A stretch of 63,944 nucleotides of DNA, counting the filler, from Diploschistes diacapsis (Eukaryota): assembly GCA_023645945.1 (NCBI GenBank). It is 5 parts of 5 records of this genome, joined end to end, with 100 filler letters (N's around TTAATTAATTAA, not from the genome) between each part and the next. Parts side by side here need not be neighbours in the genome. Positions count along the whole stretch, not along the records: positions 1 to 12,902 come from JALAIB010000705.1; positions 13,003 to 25,887 come from JALAIB010000706.1; 3 more parts are not named here. One strand, 5' to 3'. A program made the position numbers and the translations under genes. The notes beneath the pieces were generated by a model. It was given only the letters and a program-made list of their open reading frames with translations, was not told where the DNA came from and searched no databases. Shown piece after piece: positions 11,437-24,600 of the stretch; the first letter of the stretch is position 1, and each line of letters begins with the position of its first letter.

Positions 11437-12142
11437 TCAACCAAGGATCCTTTTCATGCGGGACTGGTGAGTTTCGATCTCCCTATCGAAAAGAGTGCGA
11501 GAGGCGGTGAACTGGCGATTTCTCTCAGCGTCGCGAGGTCCAGGTAGAATGAGATTGTACCATAGGCAGACTCGACCTGCTATGTTGCCAGCATTTACAT
11601 GGATTCCGCAACCGTGCCCTGCGCAGGACGGCGGGCCCGGCGAGTAGGGTTCGTTTTGATGCGTCTTACACTGGCCACACAGGATACCCTCCTTAGCAGT
11701 ACATTGACAAATGCCATTCTCGGTACAGTCAGTCGTAAAAGCCTCGAAGCGCACTCGTTCATTGTGTGGAGTACCTGAAGTAAAGCAGATTCGACAGAGC
11801 GGACGACAACGACTATAGAAGGTACTCTCGTTTTCCCTGAAGGCACAAGAGACAGCCAAGCGGCAGCTGCCCTTTAGTGTGTTTTTTTCTCAGAGCACTC
11901 CAAGCGGGTAATTGACTTTAAATGGCGCCAGAGCTTTGTTTCGGCACTACCAAGATGAATTGCTCGACGCACGCACGAATCGCCAATCCAATCCTCTTCA
12001 TAGGCAAGGCCACTGAAGTCGTGGCAGATCCCTCGGATTGAGGAGGATGACCGTGCTATGTTCAGAAGATTGCCAAGTTCCAAAATCTTACAATATTTTC
12101 AAGAACTGGATAAACGGCGAGCAGCTCTGTTACATCGGCCAT
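11437..12142 (-). pseudogene. Frameshifted F-box-like / Cys-rich protein gene
   Basis: ATG at 12142 gives MADVTELLAVYPVLENIVRF. A frameshift near 12083 continues LELGNLLNIARSS (F-box-like helix pattern). Further lesions near 11880-11845, then a Cys-rich tail (LCRIC, CQCT, LCGQC, CAGHGC). Confidence 0.6.
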
Positions 12143-12734
12143 GTTGATTAAGCTTATCAACGCTTGCGACTTAAAGTGAGACAGTTAAATGTTTCAACCT
12201 AGCAACAGTCAGGAAGGGTGAGTTCGCTTGGAATTCAAAGGTTGGGAGTAGATTTACATTTACAGTTCCCTAGGCTCCTCCACAGAGCATGTTTGCTGCC
12301 TATCGTCCGTACATCGAGTAGCAAAGAGACGGGTGACCCTCGAGACTACTTTTTCACGAATAGAGTTAAGTTGCAGACTGATAAGCCGACAGGGTAAGGA
12401 TGGATCCCTGATAGTATGATATATGTACCTTACAGCTGTAGTAACAGCAAAACTGTATACACATTATGGTAAAATGCTGGAACGGGGTTGTAGAATCCAT
12501 ATTCCTTACTTTTTGTACGTACTTAATTCGTGTACGTACGTGCCTGTAGGGCGTAGGGCTGTCAGCATCCAATTCAGGGGCAGGTCTTATTCTGCCTATT
12601 ATACACAAAAATTACATGATAAGTACCATGATTCTTAAGATACTTTCTCAGTCATACTAATTTGTATGCAGCCATAAGTATCTATGGAACTAGCCCTTTC
12701 TCCAGCCACATTTGTTTATTTAACGCATCGATTA

Positions 12735-12902
12735 ACGTATATGTATAGCGAGCGGACACTCATAGCGAGCGGACACCCTTCTCGATTCGTACGAGTTGCA
12801 ATCACATTTACGTAATTAATTCGTACGATAATTTATTATATTAATTATTAATATCTTCTTTAGAAGCTATAGATTTTATTTTATAAGTTCGCGTATTATG
12901 CC
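12735..12902 (+). mobile_element. Fot1/pogo-like (Tc1-mariner superfamily) transposon end, truncated by contig end
   Basis: TA followed by ACGTATATGT and ATAGCGAGCGGACAC twice (42-bp TIR-like unit). AT-rich, RIP-like sequence follows to the contig break. Confidence 0.7.
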
Positions 12903-13002
12903 NNNNNNNNNNNNNNNNNNNNNNNNNNNNNNNNNNNNNNNNNNNNTTAATTAATTAANNNNNNNNNNNNNNNNNNNNNNNNNNNNNNNNNNNNNNNNNN
13001 NN
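12903..13002. other. Artificial contig linker (N-run/TTAATTAATTAA/N-run)
   Basis: 100-nt spacer with all-frame stop core, identical at four positions. Confidence 0.99.
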
Positions 13003-16000
13003 GACTGAAACTGACGCGGTATGCGCTCGGGCCTGAATGTTTGGGGGCCCTTTTTCTCGGAGTCCCTCAACGCCCGAGCTGGGTGGATCGAATGCAGGAG
13101 CGGGGAGCAAATCCCGATTGGGGGGTATTTTTTTTCCAAAAGAGAGAGAGAGAGAGAGAGCATGGGCGAGGAGGAGGGGCGTCCTGCGTCGGACCCGGCC
13201 TCGGGCAAAGGGTCGCGAGGCTGGCTCTCGGAAGGGTTGTTTCGAAACTCGAAGCGGCCGCAGCCCTTTGGAGGCAAGGCTGCTGGTTTCGCGGCCGGTC
13301 GGTTGCGCACGGGTGCTGGGGGTTTGGGAGATACTTTGTACGGCTCAGCTGCGGATACGCAAGAGCCTGCGCCCCCCAAACGCGTTCGTTTCTTGGCATT
13401 TTATTCTTGCATGGCTTTTCCCCCGTTCATAAGAGCGCGAGAAGGTAAGGAAGGTCGGGTCGACAAGCCAGAAAGGCCGCAACGAGCGATCGATCGTCGG
13501 TCTCCCATTGCGACGAAAAAGCTGGAGGTGTGCGAGGGAGAGAACTCGAGATGCGTTTCGTCGATGCGGCAGGCAGTGGGTTGTTTCCCGACTGTGTTCT
13601 TTCTGCGTTTCCGTGTGTAATGAGAATGCAGGCTGGCAGAGAATTGGGGGATTGAATATGTAAAGATGATAGCATGGGGGATGACGCCATTGGAGCGCAT
13701 CGTGGATAACTGCGGTGTTGTGCAGGACGACGGGGCCAAGAGTCGCCAGAGCCAAAAGTCTAAAAGGCATCCCTTTGGGACGTGAACGAGGTAGAATGCG
13801 GAAATGCAATACACTTTGGTCTAGAAGCTTAGCGCAACAGTCCTGAAACGGGGAGTGAGAGTTCGTGAAAGCATCCTTTACGGAGTAAATGATCTTGTAT
13901 ACCCCAAAACCATAAAACTTTTCGGGCAAGATCTCGGGAACGCAAGGATGCTTCGGCAATATCCCAATAACTTGAGCTGAAAAATAGAGTTCCCTCATGC
14001 GCTTGCGTCGGTATCATGTGTGTAACAGACTTTCGTGAATCACGCAACTTTGTAGGGAAAGATCACACTCACATGCCCGAAGATTTTTGTTTCGACATCT
14101 TTGATCGCAGCTCTTGCAGGGCCCACTCTGCCGGTACACGCCCCCGTATACTCACGCCATCAAGAGTGAGGCAATTTTGGAGTGGAGTTTCTTCACACCC
14201 TCACGTTCCGGCACCACCACACAAACGCTTCCAACAGCTGCATCTAGGTAGTGAGGCGGCGCTGTCATAGTTCTTCCGACACGTATCTGAAGCTTCAACT
14301 TTGTCGTTCCAGCCAGAGCACTGCTTCAGATCCAACACAAACAAAATACAGGGAGAATAGCATAAGACAGTAGAGAAAGTCACAAGAACTTGTCAAGTAG
14401 CAACAATGCTGCAGCCCCCCCTTAAGGTTATGCCAGGTTCTGGGACTCGCCGGCTGTTTGCACGGAAGCTGGTCCGCTTTCATTACGGATAGGCGTAAGA
14501 ATTTGGACGAAGAAAAGGATACGTATAGTTAGTTCCTGCAGGCCAGCAAGTTGAACTCGGTCAAGCCGTCAAGGGCTAAGCATCGTTAAACATGTCATGT
14601 CATAAAGTTGCAACTCCTACTGCGCAGATCAGAGAAGGTGGGAACACCGCCAAAACAACATATGACAGTTCGACAAAATTAAACGGTTCAGCCCAAAGCC
14701 ACAGAAAGCCACCAAACTCACCGTGGGTGCAATAATCCTGTCTACCGGGCTACCAACAACAAGAAGAAAATGGCCTAGGTAAAACCGGGGTGTAACGATC
14801 ATCATTCCGGCCTCTTGACATGAGCTAACAAAGCGGCCAAGACAGCTGAATTCATTGAGATTCACGGCCTGCCAACCGGAAGTGTTCCTTAGTCTACAGC
14901 TAGACCAGAATGATCTGCATGAAGCGAGCGACAAACTATTTCAACTTCGAAAGGAACACAGTCTGCAGGTTTTGCCTTTCGTCCAAGACGTCTCGATAGC
15001 TCCACCGTGATTTCGGGGCATGTGTCCGACAAATCAAATACTGTCCCTTAGTAGTAATCTGATTTAATGCTAGTGGGAATATTAACACGAGTATTGCGTA
15101 GGCAGTCCTTCTTCCGCATGTTGGACTCTAACTTGCGTGTATCCGCGCTTGAGACGGTGCAATAGAACGATGCTGTTCGCAACTAACCAAAGTTGCTATG
15201 CTTTGTATTCGCTAGGATCGCTATGCAGCAACAGCCACCCCCCGGTAGCTTGTTCTCTGCAAGCTGTCATCGACAGCTTCCAGGGCGTGAGTGTGCAAGT
15301 TGCCAAAACTTATCGCATCAGCATGGAGAAGCGCCTGATATGCGATAAACTATTCCCTGGGTCCGTTGAAGAGAACACTCGGCCAATTGGGTAGTTGTAT
15401 GGAAGGCTGTGGAAGGAATTATCTGCTCTTCCCATCGTATTTACAGTTTCTCGGTGATCCACGGTCTCCGTTGCTCGTAGGTTTCCTTTCTCTTGACCAT
15501 TGTCTCATAAATTCCCTAGCATCATCCAGGCAAGACCTTCAAGCGAAGGAAGTCTATGAGTCTTACCGTCACACAAGTCCTAGTGCAGTCTGATCCATGT
15601 GCATTGTACAACACGTAATGTTCAAGCATTGAGAATGTTCCGTTCACGGTATTTAGCCTTGACTTGGAAAGGTGGTAGAGGTCAAGGTAATGATATCGTC
15701 GGTATGGAGCACAAGAGTTGACATGTAGTCTTGATCATAGTGTTGGCAAGACTGTGCAGAAGAGTTACACAGCAGCCTATGGCTGGAGTTTGGTCTACTG
15801 GCTTCCATCGCTTCTTGAAAATCTTCGAAGAGGATATCCAAGCTTAATGATAGATTAGCATTGAATAAAGGTCTTCAGGAGACATTATCAAGCGCCGAAG
15901 AGCAGGAAAGGGTAAGGCTCTCACTTGACATCGATGAGAATCTCTGATCCTCACTTCCCAGCTTTCACATATGATAGGTGATGAAGCTAATGTATACCTA

Positions 16001-18515
16001 CAGAAGTAGGTGGGAGGAGAAAGCCATGGACGTAAACAGCATTCGATACACTGAGTGGGAAAAGCAGAATTTCCCAGACTTCATTCATAATTATTCAACA
16101 CGAGAGCAAAACAATGTAAGAATCTGCACCCAAAGGCCAGACACGCCTCACTCGGGGATTCTGTTCTCGAGTAGAATACATGTAGTAGAAACATGTCATA
16201 GAACTATAACTTGAAGCTGAGAATAAAAGCTCCTATGCAGTAACGGCCAATGGTCCTTCACTTCGGGCCGAGTGTACCTGGAACATCCGTCTTCTCACAC
16301 AGTTCCAAATTTGCAAAATCCCTTCTTCAATAATGAACAAGCTCGATCTTACTAGGCTCGGTGTTGATATATCGACTCAAGACAAAAACAGAGCCATGTA
16401 TCACAGGTGTATTTCATCATCAACAAAAGACGAGGCATGCACATCTCGAAAGCGATTATTCCTTCATTCAAGTGAGAAGCGTTGTTTGCTTAGCCAACAG
16501 TCTGGGCCGTTTCCTGTGGCGGAACGTTGTTTAATGTGTTCCATGACGGACGCACATTCGATCAAAGTCCCTGCTGGGGCATTTCAGTGTTGTGGGAATT
16601 TGCAGAAGCATCGAAAATAGTTGACAGGCAAGACCATGCTTTCGTGGAATTCCACCGCATGTAGCTGGTTGAGAAAGGGATCTTACTGGGTTCAACTTCA
16701 GGATATCATAACCGACCGGATCGATTTCATTGGCCGTCGACCCCGCAAGAATTGTACCTTCTCAGATATACCCAGTGGCAGGCTTTACCACGTCCTGTCG
16801 CTACTCACAAATTTTGATAGGAGCAAAACTTTTCCGTGCCTCAGCCGGGTACACAACAGGGTAGCTGTGCGGCTTGAGACTTGTGATTCTGTGTTTTGGA
16901 AGAAATCGGCGAAACTGTTTCAAAATTCAGGATCCAAAAAGCCAGTAGAATACCTTTTACCCCCTCAGACCTTTTTAGGGCTGCGTGGCCTTCATGCTAT
17001 TAGGGCATGGGCCCAATGCTCGGCGACTCGGAGACGTTGGATTCATCCCCTCAGATGTAGTCTTGCTTTGCGGAGCTTGTCAAACGCTTACTGATGTGCG
17101 ACAGAAACTTTACAGCCCGACATTGTATTTTGGAACAGACAGGTAGATGCGGCATCAAATGCCGATGGTCTTCATTCGCTCGTGGCAAAACAGATGCGTC
17201 CGTGAGGCTGCGATGTACTGGCCAAGCGACAATCCTATCACTGCTTGGCTTGCATATTTCGAAGAGCATGGGCAAAGATTCATACCCCAAGTATCAGTTA
17301 GATACGTGATGCTCTCAGACCCAGCGAGCCTTTACCTGGTTTCACTGATACAAATGGCTGCATACATGGCCGATGCACGGATGAAATACCTAGTACTCTA
17401 TAAGGATGCTGCTAACTGTGCGGATAGGCTGAGACACAGTAGCAAAAGTTAGAATGGTGGTTGTGATTGGATACTAAACAATACTTCTGTGTCGGGGATC
17501 GTCCATTCATATACCCTATAGGCTCAACGTTCCAAGCTTAATCCACGACAAACCACGTGGCGAAGTCATCTTTCTGACACGGAAAGTGGGCAATGCATGT
17601 TAGCGGCGTCGTTGCGAGCCATCCGCCATCTGGTCCCTTCAATTTGCTTGAGCCACAGCGTCACATACTCGCTACCATTGATGTCTTGCGAGGCAGAAAG
17701 AGGTCGAGGCTGATGATCAATACAGAGTCCATTGGGCAAGTTGGCCGATTTGGGCAAAGTAAGAGCCAAAGGGACACTGATCGACTCTGGCCTAAAATCC
17801 ACACAATTACAATGGTGATCCTCCGTGCAAGGACCAGCAGCTGCAGATCATGGTCCTCGCAGACATGAGTCACATGACGCGAGCAGCGTCTATCCCTCTA
17901 TCCATATCCTCAGCATCAAATGTTATCCCCGGGTGGTCAGAATACGAGTTTACTAATCTTGCTGTGGGCTCGCATTATTGGGCCACAGAGTGAAGCCATT
18001 TGTTTATTATCTTTTAAAGTACAGACTATGGCGTGCCCCGTAAATGCACACATTTTGCTAGTAGGCTAGTAAGAGTGGGTAAATTATTATTACTTACTTA
18101 GTACCAAGCCGGCGCGCCCAGCACGAAAGACCTCGAGCTGAAGCTGATGGCGCCCGATCTCTCTGCTGCTGCTGCGTCTGCAGCATATGTCTGTCCCACC
18201 CACAAGAACAGACTGTATTCGTCAAGTGGACTTCATATGCAGTAAAACTTTGGAGTTCAATTCTTGGGGTGCTTTTCTGAGCTGTGTCCCCCCATTGACC
18301 AATACTCACTTCTTACTGCGATCGCCGTGCAAGACGGAACCCGAGGTTGGCAGGAATTTTGGAGACGGCAACGGGAGACTACAGCATGCTGCTACTGTAG
18401 TTCTCGTAAATTACAAATTTCGACCGTCACACTAAGTGGCAGGGCGGTTTGTGTTGCAGAATAGGAGACCTCTTTATGCGAGCGATTCCCAAGATCCAAA
18501 CAGCTATCTAGCGCC

Positions 18516-18546
<31 letters not shown>

Positions 18547-19244
18547 TTATTCGTTCCTTGTGCCCAGGCTGCCCCCTCTTGGGGTTGTTCTACTACCTTG
18601 GCTCCGATATTGCATTAGTACGACGGCATCCACAATATGGTCCTGAGGTATGCTTATACTTGTGTCACCAGTCTCACCACCACCACCACTCAGACTAACC
18701 ACAACTCCTAACATCTGAAACAAGACCACGTTCGTGCTGAGAGCCTGGGAGTTTCCAATTTGCTTACGACGCGTGCGCCAACTTACCAGAGTCTAAGCTA
18801 GACTACACAAAAACAAAACTATCTTTGCTGGCCTTGGTAGCAACTGTTGAAGCGTCGCGCAATAGCATTCTCAAGACTTTTTCCTTTTTTCCTCGCAGTA
18901 CAGAACGAGACAACGACTCGGCAGGAAGGGATGTTATGTTCTGGGAGCGATTCCATGCCACAACAGCTGTAGAATTATACAAAAGTAACTTACGGAAGCA
19001 CACATTGCATGCTTCTCCTCCAACACATAACCCACGAGCCCCACGGTTGTGTTGAGAAGACCAAGATTCTTCCGCGACCCTGTCCTGCCCGGAAGGCCTC
19101 TATTTGCAGGCCCTCCACCACGGGATGCTAGGGGTGTCCATGCAACATGGATCGATTAAAAAGTCGATGGGAAGGGTCGAAGGGTCGAAGTCTGGCCCAC
19201 CATTATTATGTATGCCAGTTGCAACTTGCACACCACGGTCCAGA

Positions 19245-19246
<2 letters not shown>

Positions 19247-19276
<30 letters not shown>

Positions 19277-19582
19277 TGGACTAGCTCTGCAGTAGCGGAA
19301 AGCGAGCAGGGAACAAGGATTGAATCATAGCAGCTAGCTTTTGCTCTTGCTCTTTGGCTCCCTCCAGCCGTCTTCTTCCTTTGCTCACCGCCGGAATTCC
19401 CGTCTCATCCACAGGACCAGTTACTTTCGTACTTCTACATACAGTACAGATGGATAGATGTACTGGGGCCTACCTGGCTGGCTGGCTGGCTGGCTGGCTG
19501 CACGTTGACGATTCGTCATTCTACACCCCTGCACCCTACATGGCGTTAGAACACACGACTGAACTGACTGACTGACCGACCG
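19247..19582. repeat. Cluster of tetranucleotide microsatellites (CAGG)n, (GCTG)n, (GACT/GACC)n
   Basis: Direct inspection; lies upstream of the bZIP gene. Confidence 0.85.
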
Positions 19583-20161
19583 ACAGTCGCCAAAAACAAT
19601 GAGCTTTTCTTTTTCCCGCTCTCCTATCTCAACCCCGAGCTTGATTTTCCCTTGCTACGATGTGTCTTTCGAAGAATCGCTCAATCTTTCGAATCTGCCG
19701 TCATCGTCGTCGTTATGTGGAGTTCTGGCTTACCGACCTGACACTATCTATCGTCGTTTTTTCTTTTTCTTTTTCTTGTTTGTGGCTTACCTAATTTCTT
19801 TTCTCGACCTCCCGAGGGCTGCACACTTCACCATCTACAAATCGAATCTTCTACCTGCGCCCGCCCCCCTCTTGTTCAGTTCAAGGCAGTTTCCGCAAGC
19901 TCCTGCTGAGGTCGGCCTTTCCATCGACGACGTCGTTCCCGCCGCCCCTCTTCCAATCTGGCCTCGACTCAGAGCCTTCCACCCTCGGCATCAGTCTTTC
20001 TTGACCCCAGTTCTTATTTCCCTTCCGTTCCCGGGGAGCGGCTTGGCAGGTTCAAGCAGCAATTGGAGAAGCTCAGGCTCGGAGAAAGCCCTTTCATCAG
20101 GGCTGGAGAGCCGGGCGGTCGCTACTCGCTAGCCTCCGGGCCCTTCCTTGCATCGAAACAC

Positions 20162-21691
20162 ATGTCCCAAAAGCAGGCAACAACTGTCCAAGCCAGCAAT
20201 GGATCGAACAGGGCTGCACAACTGTCCCCCAAGGGACGGCCGACCCTGCCTCCTATAAAAGCACAGCTATCCACCGAAGGACAGATTCAGGGCAATCAGA
20301 GAGCAGAATCACAGAGCCCGGCCGCGGCCTCTTCCAAGGATCGACCTATGGGGCCTCTAACGTCTGCGGAGCCCCGCAGGTTCAACATGCATTCGATTTT
20401 GAACCCGGCGGGAGTAAAGGACGAGACGACGTCGCGACGCTCGTCGTTACCTCCGGACTCTTATCCTCGTCGATCGACGTCCGAATCGCCCGCCTCGTCC
20501 AATGGGCCTCTCACGCCTGGGAAGTCTTTCCCTCCCATCAACCGAGCACCGTCCCCACATCTTACGGGCGTCCGTCTCGGCATACCGTCGGCAGTATTGG
20601 CGAACCGCGGCCCTGGTGCCGTGATGATCAACCAGCCTGCCGCCGCCACCATCGACGCCAAAAAATCGCCCTTCCTTCCAAATCCTACCAACGGGTCCTA
20701 CAATCTCGGAGACATGGCACAAAGTAGATTGACGCCCCCCTTGGGATCCAGACCGGTCTATTCTTTTCCACAACAGAACCTGATCAAGTCGGAGGATAGG
20801 CGGGGGAGCGATGCCTCCCAGATGATACCTTCTCAGAGCAACAGCCCGACGACATCGTTGACGTCCTATGGCACAGGTCCCGGCACAGGCAGTCGAACCT
20901 CGCCCGTTCTGCAATACTCGCACTGCGTGACACCCTCGGAACACTTGAAAAGAATGGGAGGCTCCAACCCGTACGGCGTTCCAGGGAATGGCAATGGCCA
21001 AGGCACTTACCAATTGATGACCATCGATACTGACCAAGGCCCGGTTCAGTTTCCCGTCGACGTTCAGGCAGCGTCCAAGGTCGCCGACGAGAAGCGGAAG
21101 CGGAACGCTGGAGCCTCTGCGCGTTTCCGGCAAAGGCGGAAGGAGAAGGAAAGAGAAGCCGCGCATACCATTTCGAGGCTGGAAAGCAAAGTGCGGGAGC
21201 TGAGCGATGACAAGGAGTTCTATCGCATGGAAAGGGATTATTTCCGACAGTTGGTCTACAACAGCCCCGCACAGTCTCAGGTCGTGCCCAGGCCGCCCTC
21301 TCCGAAACCGCGCAAACCGTCCGTGGACACGTCCAGCACCGGTACGCCTGAATGGCAGCAGAACGGAGAGCGAGGAAGCGACGACGGAAGGAATCAGAGG
21401 CGCCGTATCAGCGGCTACTACGAAACAGGCCCAGAGGGGTCACCACCGCCTCCGCCGGCTCAAGGTCCTCCACCCACCAGTCACAATCCCCATGCGGCCT
21501 ACCCGACGCAGCAACCTGCATATGGATACATGCCGGATGCAAGACCAAGACCGCTGCCGCCTGCGCCACACCAAAGGCCTCACGTCGAGGGCCAGTCTCC
21601 GATCACGGGACCGCCGCCGCTCCGAGCTGGATACTACGAAGCAGGCGTACCTCGTGGCTACGAACATCCTTTCTATCCACCCCGAGCATAA
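20162..21691 (+). CDS. bZIP transcription factor (fungal, MetR-like basic region)
   Basis: Basic region VDVQAASKVADEKRKRNAGASARFRQRRKEKERE followed by zipper ISRLESKVREL...YRMERDYFR. Pro/Ser-rich flanks. First in-frame ATG at 20162. Confidence 0.9.
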   Translation: MSQKQATTVQASNGSNRAAQLSPKGRPTLPPIKAQLSTEGQIQGNQRAESQSPAAASSKDRPMGPLTSAEPRRFNMHSILNPAGVKDETTSRRSSLPPDSYPRRSTSESPASSNGPLTPGKSFPPINRAPSPHLTGVRLGIPSAVLANRGPGAVMINQPAAATIDAKKSPFLPNPTNGSYNLGDMAQSRLTPPLGSRPVYSFPQQNLIKSEDRRGSDASQMIPSQSNSPTTSLTSYGTGPGTGSRTSPVLQYSHCVTPSEHLKRMGGSNPYGVPGNGNGQGTYQLMTIDTDQGPVQFPVDVQAASKVADEKRKRNAGASARFRQRRKEKEREAAHTISRLESKVRELSDDKEFYRMERDYFRQLVYNSPAQSQVVPRPPSPKPRKPSVDTSSTGTPEWQQNGERGSDDGRNQRRRISGYYETGPEGSPPPPPAQGPPPTSHNPHAAYPTQQPAYGYMPDARPRPLPPAPHQRPHVEGQSPITGPPPLRAGYYEAGVPRGYEHPFYPPRA

Positions 21692-24600
21692 ACTCCTGCT
21701 CGTTTCTCACCTCGATCACGCCTCATTTTTTTTTCTTTGTTTGCTTAGCACAACGGCCCCAAAAGTAACCAGAGATACCCACCATTGGCGTTTGGGATGG
21801 GCGCTACTTGTAGCTGTTCTATCGGTGTTGGCGCCTATTTTTCGAACATCACTTTGTCCAAACAGGAGGATAAATTGTTTACAGTATCAGAGAGAGGGGA
21901 GATGCTAGAGCAGGAATAGATTGGCAAGCATAAACGGGATTGGGTCCATACAACTTTGAGGGAACCGGGGCGCATTTGGGTCCGATGGGATGGATGGAAG
22001 GAATGCGGCAGTGGATCTGTCGCTTGTCGTTGAAAAGCGTTTTGTCCAAGCAGGCGGGCGGCGTTCTCTTTGAGTCAAGTTAAGCGAGTCGGCCACTACT
22101 GGATCGAGTCTTCTCAGAATCGCTCATATCCAAACCATTCAGCGTGGATTGGGGAGCTATCAGTTTCCGGCAGAGGTGGAGAGAGAGAAGGGGAAATATA
22201 CCATATGCGAGACACCTGCTGGGGGCTTGTCGACCTTGCTAACAAAACACACCAACTATATTATCAGGCCAGCCATCAGGCTAGCCATCAGGGAACAGAA
22301 TTGAAAGGCTTTCACGTTGCTCTTTTTGCTTCCCTTTAACAATTCGTTCAATGTCGCTATCTCTTTTCAGTCCATTGCTTCCACCGCTGTTTCCGCTTCC
22401 ATTGAGCGGCATTATGTGCATGTTGTTCGCCCAAACCCCGGGCTGCCCCATGTTTGCATGTATGATCGTACCCGTCTTCGCTCAGGCACATGTGGTCTTC
22501 TTCCAATCTTCACCGCATCCTCACCACCCCTCCAACCTTTTCCGTTTCAGCCAAACGGTTTTTCCAGGTAACGACATGCTAAACGTACACAAAGGGCGAC
22601 CCCTCCGGTTGCACGAGACAAATTACTAGGTCTTAGCTATCTCAATTGATTGCTCGATTTCTTGATGCCCTTCGCTCACCCGCCGTCTCCAATAGTTCCG
22701 CACTCGGCTTTTGGGCGGGGACAGGGCCCCGGATGATGTCAGTTGCGACCCTACGACCCTATGACCTTTTTTGCCTCATCTACGACATACATACAAACGT
22801 ACAGCAACACTGTGTTGAGGTGACAGTATGATTGCACCGTTGCGGAAGAATTCGGCTTTTCCTCCAAGCCCTTTCATTCCAAGCGGATTCCCGGCTCCGG
22901 CTCCGGCTCCGGCTTCGGAAGGGAACAAGCGTGTACAAGGCAGGCGGCTCAACTCTCTTCTTTTCCAAAGATTAGCAGTCAGAGAGTGGTAAGGAGGGAG
23001 GGGACACGAAAGGCTCAAGGCTGTCGTAGTTGTTGGATTGGCGCAGATTGATGTCGAGAAGGAAGGTGCTTAAACTATATGCGGTATGGGGTATACAGAT
23101 GCAGTAGCGCCTCGAACTCTGCCCAAGCTCTCCTTTTCTTTCCCTTCACCCTCCACCACCACAGCACCATAGCAGCTCATGTGGGGTGGGCGGGGGGCGA
23201 CTACAAATTGCGACGTTGGAGGTAGATGGACTGTCGCAATAATCTATTTCTAACCCCTGGGGGCCCGGGATCTGGGATCTGAGTTCGAACTGCTCTAATT
23301 CTGTGGAATAATGATGGGGCTTTTTGGAGGGTGTCATTGCGGTGCTGTTGAGAGTTGACGTCGGAGGGAAGGAGGGTTACATACGAAAGCTTCTCAGCTT
23401 CCAGCCCGGGGCCCGGTCTTGTACGGGCTAAGATGGCGGGGATGTTTGTCCTTGGATTTGCTTTTTATTGAGCTGCTGCATGACAATAAAGGAAGAGGAG
23501 GAGGAGGAGTGCGTGGCAGAGTTCTGATGTCAAGGCACCGTCATTGTCACACTTTGAAGTTGTTCTCGCTATCGATTGCGAAAGCTCAACGACTTTGAAA
23601 CTAGATGGCGTGATCTGGCGTTAACACGGTCCGTAGTCTGAAAAGCTACTGCAACTCACTGTGCTTCTCGTACGTATACACGTACGGGGGGGTCGTACCT
23701 AAGCTGTTGAGAAGTACCCTGCACGGTGGTATCTACCCACCCATCTCATACATACGAAGTGACATGGCCAGGCTGTCGGGGTGCCCACCCGCACACGGTA
23801 ACATGAGCAGAGTAGCAGTGGCCTACTATGAGATTGATACTTGGATAGTACCTCCGCAGGCGCAGGAAGAGCTGGAGGCCGGATGTATCTTGAAGTAGCT
23901 AGGGCGTCGAGGACTTGATGTTGCACTGCACAAGACAACCAATGCTACTTAATAACCGCCCAGCCTTGCTTAGCCATGCATGAAAGGAAGAGAGGGCAGG
24001 GGTTGCATCGCAGCAAAGGCCACGGACTTCGGGGCTATCTTTGCGTGTGTGATTACCGGGCTGGAGGGAGCAGCACGGTTCTTGTTGCTGCCGAAGCTAT
24101 CTCTTCAGATTTGAATATTGAGCACTTGTTTTCATTTGTCGCAAGCATGCAACGCTACCTAACATTCAGGTTCAAAGTGCTTTGCGACTTGTTGTATCCT
24201 CAGTTGAACATTCACCTCTGTACCTTTCAAAGGTACCTCCTATGCCCAAAGCATCGTCGCCGTACATTTCTGTCAGCGGACCTACGTGTGGCTAATATAC
24301 AGTATCTTCGCATCCTCAGCTCTTCACGAAACACCAGAGTGCTTTCAAGTACATATGTTCCCCCTTCTCGAGAGCTTTGGAGCATGAAGCGCCTCAATCG
24401 GCCTACTTGTTCCGGCCGCAACAATGAACGGGGCCTCAGCATGTTCGACTCCCCTTCTCGGACCATTTTTCCGCCCCAACTGACGGTCGTTCCTAAAGAA
24501 GATACACCCCAGCATGACCGATCAGCCAACACGTCAGCCGGCACATGCAGCCTTTCTCCACTCGTTAGCCGCACCCTTAGATCTCGCAATCCCCCCAAAG

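Noticed and set aside
12903..13002. Recurrent TTAATTAATTAA palindrome as a biological repeat or CRISPR-like array
   Set aside because: Embedded in N runs at identical spacing; a synthetic all-frame-stop linker.
13003..13620. Several overlapping ORFs on both strands
   Set aside because: GC-rich, low-complexity DNA with (AG)n and no domain motif; likely promoter/UTR of a gene cut off by the contig end.
17865..17878. ATGAGTCACATGAC (AP-1 plus E-box-like), identical at 29133-29146
   Set aside because: Several 14-mer coincidences are expected by chance in 64 kb, and there is no flanking similarity.
20447..21908. Overlapping and antisense ORFs around the bZIP gene
   Set aside because: Explained by the codon bias of the real CDS; no independent motifs.
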